DNA from: Lenisia limosa
Lineage: Eukaryota > Protista > Breviatea
Assembly (NCBI GenBank): GCA_001655205.1
Contig: LPNZ01008925.1
Location: 16,293 to 80,292, forward strand
Length of the DNA: 64,000 nt
Reading direction: 5' to 3'
Shown: positions 1-11,521 of the stretch, one piece after another
Layout of the letters: the number at the start of each line of letters is the position of its first letter
How positions within the stretch are numbered: the stretch's first letter is position 1
The notes under the pieces: generated by a model
What the model saw: only the letters and a program-made list of their open reading frames with translations
What the model was told of the DNA's origin: nothing
The model's database searches: none
Program-made: the position numbers and the translations under genes

Positions 1-790
1 TGCCCATACAAACCAAATCCGGCAACAGCGCATACAAGTGCAAAGAGACTGTCGTCAACGTTTTTAACACAAATCTGAAAGTGAGTTTTTTTCTCAAAAC
101 AGCATCTAAAAACTACGCCCATTTCATTTATGCTGTGATGAAAGCAGCCAAACCCCCAGTCACCTCGGGAACCTTGTTGCTGTTGAGCATTTGGATTAGT
201 GCTGTGAGAAGAGTTGGGGACACACCTGATTTGCCACGAACAATCTTCAATGTAAAACAAGGTTGTTCCACTGTTTTTTTGGACATTTTACATTTAAAGT
301 TAAACAAAGGGCAGTACCTGGGAAATTCTGAGGGCAACAGCAGCACGAAGAATTGGCACAGGGAGAACAATTCCGCCACTCTCGGGGAGGGACTGGAGAT
401 AAGAATAAAAACCATTCAACTCTGTGTACTCACTTCTTTGGTTACAGGAGTCTTCGAGAAAGGACGGTATGCCTTAGTTAGGGACTCCAAAACAGACTCA
501 TCAATAGAAATCTGAGGTATTATTGAAACTGTTTTCGATTTCTCATCTTAAATACCTCGCAATCCGCGTTTGTCACCTGAAACATTGCCTCAGCGGGCAG
601 CGCTTGCGCTCCAATGCCTACTTTTGAAACCATTCTTACTTGCACCGGTTTTATATAACACTGCAATAGACCACAAAGAAGATACAGATAAAAAGACATA
701 ATATTACAAAAACCCAATTCAAATATCCCTACCGGCGCCGGGCCTTCCTTGGTTTTGGTGGACAAAAAATCAAACTATGAAAATTCTAGA
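1..790 (-). CDS. Uncharacterised multi-exon gene, probably running off the window start
   Basis: Minus strand has GT-AG bounded segments that splice to FDFLSTKTKEGPAP/CYIKPVQ/VTNADCE/ISIDESVLESLTKAYRPFSKTPVTKE/SLPESGGIVLPVPILRAAVALRISQ. No family recognised; start and downstream exons unresolved. Confidence 0.4.
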
Positions 791-873
791 GTTATTTCAG
801 TGTATATTTTATGTAAAGTCACATAACGTTTTCCCTTGAGTGATTGAGAAAGGAACTGATGATTCAGTAAAGA

Positions 874-3800
874 ATGGGGTCGCTTTTTGAATCTCTAAGC
901 GAGTCCCAGAACAAGGAAGTACCTTCAAGTGGTTCACTATTCAAAGATAATATCCCTCCTCACCATGAGTCAGCAAAAGACCCTGAATGTTCGGAGCTGT
1001 CGAAAATGCTCTGTAATACTCTCTTTGTTCAAAGCAAAGGACCTTCATCAAGTGATCTACTAGCCCAATGTGCAGCCGAGGGTGCAAATGCACCAAAAAG
1101 CACAACTTTTTCGAAGAGTTCTCCTAGAAAGCCTTCCAGTGCCTCTCCTCGTTTAACAGCCTCTCCTCGCACTTCCTCCCCATATGCACCAAAGGATCCT
1201 CTTGATTGTCTCCAGACTTCAGCTGTGACGCTCAAGTATGTTTCAGTTTTGTGGTGACTTTTTAGCCCAACGGATGGACGGACATACTACTCCAGCAAAG
1301 AAATGATTGCAATTGGAAGATCAGCTTTGAAGCTGAAACCCCTTGGGCTTGATGATTTCTTGTCCCCATCGTAAGTCACAATCTATTTTGGATGATGTTA
1401 ACTGTTCATTAGATTGAATATTTCTCTCCCCAAAAGTTGGAGCTCACCAAAAAACAATTCTGGTAAGTGCAAAAGAGTTTTAACTTTAATCTTTCCGAGT
1501 AAAAGTGTTAGAACTGGCATCGAAGACTAAATGGCAACCGCGTGAACGACCAGAAAGCAGATTTGAGAGGCCTGAACGATCTTCGTAAGAACATATCAAC
1601 TTGCTTTTGTTAATTTCACTAGACGTGAGCCCCCTCGTACTAAGAGCAAAAACAGCTGGATTCTATCTAAATCAGAGTATGATTGGGTCTTGAGTAGTTT
1701 AGCGAACGGGATTGAACGGGTGTATGTATCAAATAGTATAAAAAATTTACAAAGTTATCCTCTGTCCAAAGCTGTCAATACCGTGTATTAATGAGTAAAG
1801 TAAGAAGTTTGATCTGGAGCGTGAGAAGATCAAGGCGTCAACACATCAAGACAGTTACCTCAAAGAAGACGAGGAACTTCCTGAATGGGCAGACTTCGAC
1901 ATGATGGGTGAAATGAATGAAGAGGAGTGGCAGCCCATGTGTATGAGGGTAAAATGCACTGGTATATTAGCAGTTTATACAGAGTGAATTTGCCTTTTTC
2001 ATAATACTGTCTTATAATTTTAGCACTTGATGTGATGGAGCAAGAACGGTTGAAGTATTTTGAACAACTGGGAAAGAAAGTACCAAGTAGGGTGGAAATT
2101 TTAAATGTTTTTTTATTTTCTAGCTCGTAAAGGAGCAACCGAGTCTGACGAAGAGGAGAAAGAGGAGAAAACAGTTGACCCAGGTTTTGACCTCCTTTCG
2201 GCCCTTCAGGTTTGGACGACTGAGTGCACAACTCTGACTTACACCGTAGAACTCAGCACCAACCGATATACCTGTTGAGCCACTCGAGCCATCCCCGACA
2301 AGCGAGACTATTGTTTCAGGTACTATCACTGAGGCTGAATTACTCGGACATGCGCCGTCAGAAAACACTGATCGTGGGGGTGGGGGCATTTGTATTGATG
2401 TTTTTTCTGCGGATAATTTGGTTTGTGTTTTCTCTGAAGATGTCTTAAGTTCGTAACCTGGTTCTGTTTAGAACAAGCAACGATCGATCATGATCTACAT
2501 CTTGATGATGATAGTACCACTGATCTTTTGTCGATGCTTCGAGCCAACTCCGGGGCTGAGGCATCATCTCGCCAAAGCTCTCGATTCTCTGCGTTCTTTG
2601 CGGGTGCGTTGGTGTTCATACAAGAAAAGTGAATTTCCGGTATTTTTGCGAGAAAAAAAAAAAAAAAAATACACTGCAACAAGTTAACGATATCGACATT
2701 CAGAAGTAAATTTAGGGGGAACCTCTCCTTCGCATCCTCACATTGCAGAAGAAACTGTTCCTAAGAAGGCCGAAGAAAAGAAGGATTTAACTTCAATGCT
2801 TAAAAGTTTGAAAGAACCTGAGAGGAAGGTTTGTTCATTTGGGACTGTACGTGCTTATCCTGTAGGAAGTGGTTGAGGTAGCTCCTCCATCAGATTTGGT
2901 AGAACCAATTCCCGCCGCTATTGACCAGCCGCTGCAGCCGAAGCAGGAAGAGGTCTCTCCCGATGTTGATGAAGTTCTCCAAAACCTGTCGATGCCTATA
3001 TCAGATGCATTGCGCCATGCCACACCAATGTCGACCGACCCGGTGCCACTGACTCATGGCGACCCCGCATACGGCCGCGTTGCCACCAAACAAGCTAATG
3101 ACGCCATGCAGTCGCAGATCAACGATGCAATGCGGTACGAAGCGCTCAAGAAACAGCAAATACAGCAGGCCCGCCATATGCAGCAGCAATATAGATACCA
3201 GAAGCATCAGTATCAGGGACATTATGCCCAACCCCAACCCCAGGTGTATTACACTCAAACACCCCCAACACAGCATATCTATCAGCAGTCGCAACAGCAG
3301 GTTTTACAACAACAAATGATGCAGCAACAACAGGCTCACCACCAGCCGATCCATATTTACAAACAACAGTACAGCCCTGAGGAGTATGGGCGAAACTTAC
3401 CGCGGCCTGGGCAGATCACTCCGAATGTACCAGGCTCAAACATCACCCTTGAGCAGGAGGGTTCTGCAATTCTTTCCAAGTTCATTCCATCGCAACAAGT
3501 ATGTTGGTGTCGGGTAATTGGTGCTTTTTTTTTGGTTTGACATGTTCAGAGGCGCATTGTGCCAAATGTGCCCCAACCGATGTCATCAAATCACTCTAGG
3601 TACACAAGATGGTTTTTTTTGAAAAGTAACTGTTCCTGATGTAACATTACTCACATGATAGGCGCCGGCACCAAAGACGACAACTGACCTCCAAGGTGTC
3701 GATGGTAGGCCCCTTTTTCTCAATCGGATTGATCTCTCTAGACTTCTGCTCCTGATGGCTACCCCACTCAACATCAATATTTCTCTCAAGTCCCCTCTCC

Positions 3801-3886
3801 TGGTGTATATTATGTGAGCGAAGTGAATATTGTGCTCATTCTTTTACATGTTGACTGACCTTTTTCAGCAACAACAGCCCATGTAA
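874..3886 (+). CDS. GIGYF/4E-T-like cap-binding-protein interactor with Q/P-rich C-terminus
   Basis: Spliced model from ATG 874 to TAA 3884-3886. It contains TYYSSKEMIAI (~1281-1314), resembling the GIGYF 4EHP-binding motif YGREEMLAL, and ELPEWADFDMMG (LPEW motif of GIGYF/4E-T), followed by a long Q-rich exon at 2869-3498. No GYF domain seen. Confidence 0.5.
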
Positions 3887-4369
3887 CTCTCTTCATTTTC
3901 TTCTCTTTGTCTCTTCTATTTTCATGTGTCATTTCGGTTAAGTTTTGTTTTGATAGATTCTTTCCCCTGGGTACTTTGATTATTCGATTTTTCTTTATAT
4001 CTGGAGGCTTTATGGCTTTATGGCTATGCAAGGTTTATGTTGAAGGAAGTTGGAAGGAAGAAATATTTAAGATTTAAGGCACATTTGGTCTAATACCAAT
4101 ACCTCAATTGATCGTGATAAGGCCGTGACGTTTTTTGGTCTCGCCCTCTCCCCCCAAAAAAAATCTCAAAGCCAAAACCACAAGCTCTGCCAGCTTCTTG
4201 TGCAGCTTTGCTATAATAGATAAATATACAAGAAACACCACACACGCCAGTGATCTCAATATAATATTCGCGGTTCTCTGGAACTGAGGTCTTATTTTCG
4301 ACTCTATATCCATTAGATTATCCTGCTTATCCTAAATTTTGTCCAATTTATTGTTAAAGCCACGCTACA

Positions 4370-5490
4370 ATGGCCAACGCACTGAGTTTATCTCCAGATT
4401 CTAAGGTTCTTTTCAGAGGTAAGGCAAATTCGACTGTTGTGATAATTTTAAAATTAGGTCACCGTGATGATACCATTGTTAGCCAACTGAATGCAAGAAA
4501 CAATTCTGAAAAGCACCTCTTATTCAAGGTAACATCTCTATTATTCTTTCTAACGGCTAGATTAAAACGACTGCTCCTAAAAAATACAGTGTCAAGCCGA
4601 ATTCTGGCCTTATGCGCCCTATGACTGATTTCTCTGTTGACAGTATGGGGTGATCTTAAAGCAAAGCGTGTCATACCGATGAGTGTGATGAGAAAGTTTT
4701 TCTACAAGTAATATGCTATAGTTTCCTATCAGCCAAAGTCTGGAGACATTCCTGCACCAAAAGACAAGTTCCTTTTTATGTGGCTTGAAATTGGACAAGA
4801 AGAGGCTTCTTGGGATCCCGCCAGACAACAAGACCTTGTAAGCCTCCTTTCTTGCTTTTGGACCAGATTTAAACGGTTTATAAGGAACTGGGAAGTCTAG
4901 TATTTATCAAATATAGTTCAAGGAAAGGCCAATGGAGACAAACGAGAAGAAACTGAAGACCCTTTTCGAGGAAATTGACCGTGAAACGGAGGTGCGTTAT
5001 TTGAACGTAGACATCTGACCCTCTAGGATGACAGACTGAATAACACTTCACCTGATATTTTGCCTCCTGTAAGTGTACTCACATGATGTTTAAAGATTCG
5101 TTTTATGTCGCACTTGTTCATTGTTTCAGTACGACACATCCATTGATGAAACCCATTTCGAAGAAATCAGGTCCTTGAAGAGTGATATTGCACAGGTAGG
5201 GGTTCGTAGTTACATGTTCTCTATTTAGTTAGTGTGATTTTTTAGCTCTCCATGGCATTTGAGCAAAGCCAAAGCAACACTGCGCGGTTGAACAGCACTA
5301 TCCAGGAGCTGGAGGATAAAATCCTTGAACTGAGTGCACCAGCCGAGGTTGGCTTGTGTTGTTTCAATCTCATTCTCTTTAGGCCCCTATTCAGCACACA
5401 CAATCCAGCAACCTGAACATGGTTCTTCTTTCTGTTATTCTTTCCATCATTGCTGCTTTGGCTCTGCAGTACATTCCTGTCTCAGTTTAA
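4370..5490 (+). CDS. VAP: VAMP-associated protein (MSP domain, coiled coil, C-terminal TM helix)
   Basis: Spliced HLLFK/IKTTAPKKYSVKPNSGLMRP matches the MSP signature FKVKTTAPxxYCVRPNSG. It is followed by a coiled coil (LNSTIQELEDKILEL) and the tail anchor MVLLSVILSIIAALALQYIPVSV*. Confidence 0.9.
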
Positions 5491-6487
5491 TTGGGTTTGC
5501 ATCATTTGTATATCAATATAGCTTTTGTTTTAGTTTCTTTACCTTTTCTTATCTTTGAGTGAGAGTATACTTTTGCAAAAGATGGTTTATTTTTGTATTG
5601 TTTTTTTGCAGAAAAAGGAAGTGAGGGATCTGTACATTCTTCTTGANNNNNNNNNNNNNNNNNNNNNNNNNNNNNNNNNNNNNNNNNNNNNNNNNNNNNN
5701 NNNNNNNNNNNNNNNNNNNNNNNNNNNNNNNTCTATAATAAATAACTTTTTTGCAAGAACAATGAGAAAAGTTAAATGTTTAAAGGAAAAATGGTGTGAT
5801 ATGTGGGCTGGTGGGTGAGTGGGTGAGTGAGCAGTAACTCTGGACGCCCCAAAACCCGCCCGAAAGCCTTGAAGGGCTCGGCGTAAGCTCCTGGCGAGCG
5901 GTTGTTGCGTGGGGATGATTGGAGGGGGGGGGGGACGCACACTGCAACACCTGTGTGTGTGGGCGCCACGAGGGGCGTCAATAATAAAAAAATAGTGGGG
6001 TAACGCTGGATACCGCCGGCGATGAAAAATCGAGAAAAATCAAAAAATCGAACTAACAACACCCTGACAACACCAAACTGAGGAGAGAAACTGCTGAGGA
6101 ACTCCAGACTGGCAGGAGTACATGTACACGTAGGCCGCCTTGACCGCCTTGCATGAGGTCTGACACGTTTGACTCATTGTTTGTGCATTGTCTTGAACTC
6201 AAATGCTGGCGATATGGCTATACGAATTTGGAGCAGAAATGGCTGTCGTATGTATATGAGTTAATGCTAGGAGTCATAAAAATATGTACCTAGGTGTATC
6301 ATATATCTCATGCTACTACTATGGTATTATAACGCATCCAATTGCGGCATTTTATGGATCTTATTTCTTGGGTTAGTAAAAAATAAGACCTTTAGTGATA
6401 AAGAAAAAGTCCACATGTGCATTGAACTCCTATTTGGAAATTTAACGGTTTCCTTCCGTAAAATCACCAATACAGTCGAAGTCATCA

Positions 6488-7359
6488 ATGAAACCTGTTA
6501 TGCTCTGTTTCCATGGCCTTTATCAGGTGAAGCTAGGGGACGAGTAGCCGGACACCTTACCTTTCAAAGGCTCATTATGTTTTAGTCAGGTCTTGTCTTT
6601 GCCGAAAAGTGTCAGCCTTTAGTTGCTCAGCTGTCTCACCAGGTTGATTTTTGTGAGGAAACCCTTATGTTTTTCTCACTTGTCGTTAGTGTTTCTTGAT
6701 GGGCCTTTCCTTTCAGTTCCAAAAATAACGCAATCTTCGAAAGCTATAGCAAATGGCAATCAGGTTTGATGAGTTTAATCATTTGGGGTGCGGTAATCAA
6801 AACTTTTATTGAGTAATATTTCCAGGACTTTCGATCATGGCTCTCAGGAAAGAACAGTTCCGGGGCGGAATCGCTTACTTCTGTGAACAAAATTGTGAAG
6901 GGTCTCAAAGAGCCTTTTGGTGTTTTAGGGTATGTAACCCTTTCTGTTCCATTTAAATGCAACAGATTCAGCCAAGGAGGGATGATAGCCTCATTGTTGT
7001 GTTCCCAAAAGGGGCTTGATATTGTAGGAGAAGCTCCTAAATTTGCCATCTTAATCTCAACAACGGTATATTTATACCCCAATATTTGCAACCTTCACTT
7101 CTTCTGTAGGTTCCCTCTAGAAATGAGTTCTTGTCTCTCAAATATGAACCTCTAATACCTTCTCTCCACATTTACGGCAAAAAAGATTTGGTCATTCCTG
7201 CTTTGAAAAGTCAAGGTGAACGCTGTAGCCATTTACGCTCTAGATTTGGCACGTCGGTTTTCAAATCCCTTGGAGGTGGAACACGAAAGTGGTCACATCA
7301 TGCCACCACCGCCCCACTGCCTTAGTGCAATTACTCAGTTCATTCGGAAACAGTCCTAA
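6488..7359 (+). CDS. OVCA2: OVCA2/FSH1-family serine hydrolase
   Basis: Spliced motifs MLCFHGLYQ, DFLFLDGPF, GFSQGG (nucleophile), PKFAILIS, IPSLHIYGKKDLVIP (Asp) and HESGHIMP (His); stop TAA at 7357-7359. Confidence 0.9.
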
Positions 7360-7428
7360 TTCAACACTCTGAGGTAACAAGTAAGCTATCAGTGGAATAA
7401 ATAAATTAAAATACAGGGCAACAAACCA

Positions 7429-10400
7429 TTAGAGTAATTCTTCGTCCTCAATATCCGAAAAAGCGCCGATCTCGTCCCCCACACCGGACGGCATGACTTG
7501 GGTCTTGAAATGATCTTCAACTTCATCATCCTATTCAATTTAAGTCAGATGTCATATTTTGTAAAATGTAGTTATAAAACATGGAATGTTTGATTTGCTC
7601 ACAAAGAAGTCAACTTGAGTGTTGAGGTTTACAATTTCACTTTGGCTTAACTGATGGGCCATTGGCGCTGGCATGAGTGGAATTTCAGCTAGATATTAAG
7701 AAGCATAAACGCAGAAAGCTGTACACACAGATGTAGGCAAATGATTGGCTGAATTTATATTTTCGATACTATAATCCAATATCTGCTTTAAGCGTGATGG
7801 CATAGACAGCTTCGGCTAGACTACCGATTTTTATTCTAAATTAGTATACCATATCATAATTATCATAGTCCGATTTCACAATTGCCATCTAAATATAGTC
7901 AGAAAAAACAGACTGTAAGAAAAATAACCAGAATGCAGTATCAATGCTGTCTAGATTCCAAGAATACTATATGAAACCCTATCATGGATAAGACGAACAG
8001 CAATTAGAGGGACGTGGCTCAAAATTTGAAAAAGAGACTCCAGCAACTCAAAATAAAAAATTTATTTCACTTGAATCATAAGAATTGTTTTATTGTGTGT
8101 ACTGTATAATCCTATATTTTAATCTCCTATTGAAATAAAATAGTTGTTAAACACACTATACAGGAAAACTATCACCACATTGACATGTATGCAGTTCCTC
8201 AGAAACCATTAACCAATTCAACTGTAGTTCTCATAATTTTAGTCAAAGAGAATGAATAGTTCCACATCTATTATTATATACTATATCATAGTAATAATAA
8301 CAAACGCTGGTTATAATATATTATTTCCGTCACCAAACCTTTTGGACCTTCAACAGTTGCGTAGTCGCCTTCGTCTACCCTGAAATAGTCAGAAAGCACC
8401 ACTCACTTCAGCACTTACCTATTTGATTGGGGTTCTAACTCCAGTGGAGGTGATGGAGTTTTTTGAACTGGAGGTGGGGAAGGTTTAACAGGGCTGGCGT
8501 CAGGGGATTTGGATTTGGGAACTGTTGAAATAAATAAAGAAGCGCCCATCGAAAGTTTCAAAGAACAAACCAAAACCACGCATAATTAGCCAAGTACCAG
8601 GATTTTGTTTCATTCGGGACTGAAGTAACTTGGTCGTCGAAGTGAGGTACTCAAACTAAAGTGTTAGCGAGAAGGCCAAGGCATTACCTGGTCTGCAGGG
8701 CTGAGGGCAAGGAAAGATGCCTGGTAAGCAACAGGGAGGGTTTTAGAAAACAAAATATGGGCTTCAGGAGGGGATTGAATCTTTAAAATAACAAGGTCCC
8801 GAGCAGAACGGAAGTATAACTGAGCATGACGATGGTCTTGTTTCGTGTCTGAGGTATCAGAACAATCCGTTTTAGAAAACAAAACGATTCCAATCATACT
8901 GAGAGGTACTCGGTTATGGTGCAGAATGAAATCGGATGTCACCCCCAGTTCCTAGAACAATTATTCTTGTATTAAGGCACATTGGTAAAGAGCAGAACTT
9001 ACCGTTCTGATTAAAACTCTCAGGTCTCGAAGAGTGGTGCGTGGTTCAAGAATGACTTCACCAAGAATATTGTGGTCATCATCACTATTATCTTTGTAGA
9101 CAATGACAGGCATGCTTTGGTCAACCTCTTGCGAAGAAACTGTTCCATCAGTTATTGAGACGTCAAACCTGGGTTTCCGCTTGCTTCCACAAGTTGCTGC
9201 TGTTTGAAAAGATATTTCACCATTTCAGTAAGCTCTGTGAAACCCTGAAATTTAGTTCATAAAACTCTTAGACCTCCTACCTGAGATTTTCCTGGAGAGG
9301 GTGCATTGTTTGATTGATTTGCAGTGGCAATAGCAAGCTGCTGTTGAAGCTGTCGGAGCTGCTGCTGATGCTGCTGCTGCTGCTGCAATTGCTGTTGTTG
9401 TGCTTGTTGTTGCTGCTGCTGCTGTTGCTGCTGTTGTTGCTGCATAAGCATTGAATATTGCTGCTGATTCATAGTCGACTGATCATGGTGTATATTGGAT
9501 CGAGGAAGAGGCTGCTGGATGATTTGCTCAAGTTCCATGGTCGTCATATTAGCTGGCCCTTGTGGTACATCCAAATGTCTATTAAAGGCGCTCTAAATAT
9601 TAAACCCTGAACCTTTAACAAACCGATTGTGATGCAGGTGCAGGTTGTACAATTTCAACGAAATCGTTTTGGGGATTGCCTGGCTGAAGGGAATGAACAC
9701 TTAACTCTGGTAACACAAACATTCTTTTCTTCATATGCAGCGATTGTATCATCATTGACATTAATGAGACTAACCTAAGTGCAAGTTAGATCAATTATCG
9801 GATTTTCAGCCTACCATTCCAGTTGCATTTTTAATTTCAACATCAAAAAACGTTTCATTTCCCACCATTACACAGTCTAAAAGAATAAGCAGACTGTACA
9901 ACAAACCTCCTGTACAAAGACGTGCACTTTCTTCGTGTTTCAGTACAGATTGCTTTTCTTGAATATTGGTCACAGTGGTAGCGTTTGTTGATGAAGTGCT
10001 TTTAATCATGAAAGATCTAAAAAAACGTGAGGATTTTACGTTTATCAATTACTTAACCATGTTCGAATCAAGAATACTGTATTGGAACCGTTAACACGCC
10101 TTGAGCACAAAAAGGTTTATGTATTTGACCAATATATATGCCCACATACGATTCGTGGTAGTAAATTTGACAGTGAATCTTTGAAACGTAGTCGTCAGGT
10201 ATGACAATGTGGTTTTGTTTTGACGTTGAACGACCCACCTGCGGATAACAATAACGCTGAACCTTACTTTGCAAATCACAGCCCGACCTATGACAAAGAC
10301 TTGTTTCGAGAGAGGCCCTTTTTCCCTTACTAGAGAGTGATGGTCACGGAAAATGAAGTTAGCAAACCATGAAGAATGCACTGTGGGTCATTTTCACCGA

Positions 10401-11163
10401 CAGGAGGAAGCGGTTCAGGATGCATTCTTCTGCCATGTGAGAAAACAATCAACAATACCCAAACTTACGCTGTGCTCTTTCGACTTGATTTTCGGTCACC
10501 TTTTGCCCCTAAACGGTAATGGACCCAAAACCTCGCGGCACCTACTTGAGGATGAACTCGGCGATTCCTATAGCAATGAGAACAAACAGCAATGAAGCAG
10601 AGTAAAAATAATACACTGTCTGCCAACCCTGGAGGGAGCTTTCTGGAGTGATGATGCAGGGGAAACCTAAAGCATGACCATTGCCTCAGCCTCATTTGTG
10701 ATTCACCCACTTACAACCACTTCTTCAGGCTTGTTCGGCAGCGGGTCCTGAGAAGTCAATTAAAAAAAAAAAAAACATTCACCTTGAAACACCAACCATA
10801 TTTTCGTTGACTATTTCTCCGTCTCCATCAATAGCAACATTCTGCGTTTCGCAAAACTCCAACTCGTCATTTTGAGGAGGTACATAAGGTGCGACTGGTT
10901 GAATGGACGGATCATCTAAATCACTGTCAACCATATCATATATATACACAGAGCAATGACATTAGTTTCCAATAGTAATTATTGTTCACTATTATATAAA
11001 TATACCATTCTTAGCTGGAGTGCAGTCGTAGTACTGTTCTGGTTCTCCGGCTATTGTAGATTCAAAGCGGTTATTAGCCAATGGCTGGTGCTCCTGGGTT
11101 TTCTTTCGCTAAAAAGTGTTAATAAGAATCAATTTTAATCAAAACAAATGCACCAACCCCCAT
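7429..11163 (-). CDS. FHA-domain protein with polyQ tract, a possible ubiquitin-like segment and acidic tail
   Basis: Model from ATG 11163 (MG/RKKTQEHQ) to TAA 7429. FHA hallmarks are FVIGR, GRSTSKQNHIVIPDDYVSKIHCQIYY and FMIKSTSSTNATTV. PolyQ exon at 9257-9574, then GEVILEPRTTLRDLRVLIRT..ELGVTSDFIL. Confidence 0.7.
9358..9443 (-). repeat. CAG/CAA trinucleotide tract encoding polyglutamine
   Basis: Run of ctg/ttg triplets on + strand, inside the exon MQQQQQQQQQQQQQAQQQQLQQQQQHQQQ. Confidence 0.95.
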
Positions 11164-11521
11164 GATGGTCTTCGGATCTGAAGTTCACAGAACAAGAACT
11201 CGGATCAATTGGGTTTTCTTCCTTCTAGATACTGCACTTCTGCACTGTGTGTGTCTGCACCTAACACTTTTCTTATCTCTCTACTGGTTAAACAGCTAAA
11301 AACTAAAAATTTGTTTTCCTCCAACCCTTTACGATCAGTGATCGCGTTGCCAAGCCCGGCTCGCTTTCGTCCAGCTTGCGTCCAGCTTTCTCTTCCTTCT
11401 CAGCTCATGGAAACTCAGCAGAAATTAAAAAAGAGTTGAAGTTAAGAAGAGAGAACAGGAATGGCCATTTTCTCCCCCTCCCCAGTATAACGGGCCCAAC
11501 TGACTAGTGGGTCAGAGAGAA

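Noticed and set aside
81-515. Long + strand ORF in the track (also the antisense ORFs 63368-63940, 59917-60453 and 13791-14204)
   Set aside because: These are in-register antisense shadows of exons on the opposite strand, with no independent motifs.
6062-6250. RNase P/MRP RNA, from a P4-like pairing CTCCAGA/TTTGGAG after GAGGAA
   Set aside because: CR-I and CR-V consensus positions mismatch, there is no bulged-U P4 geometry and no convincing P2/P3, and the span is short.
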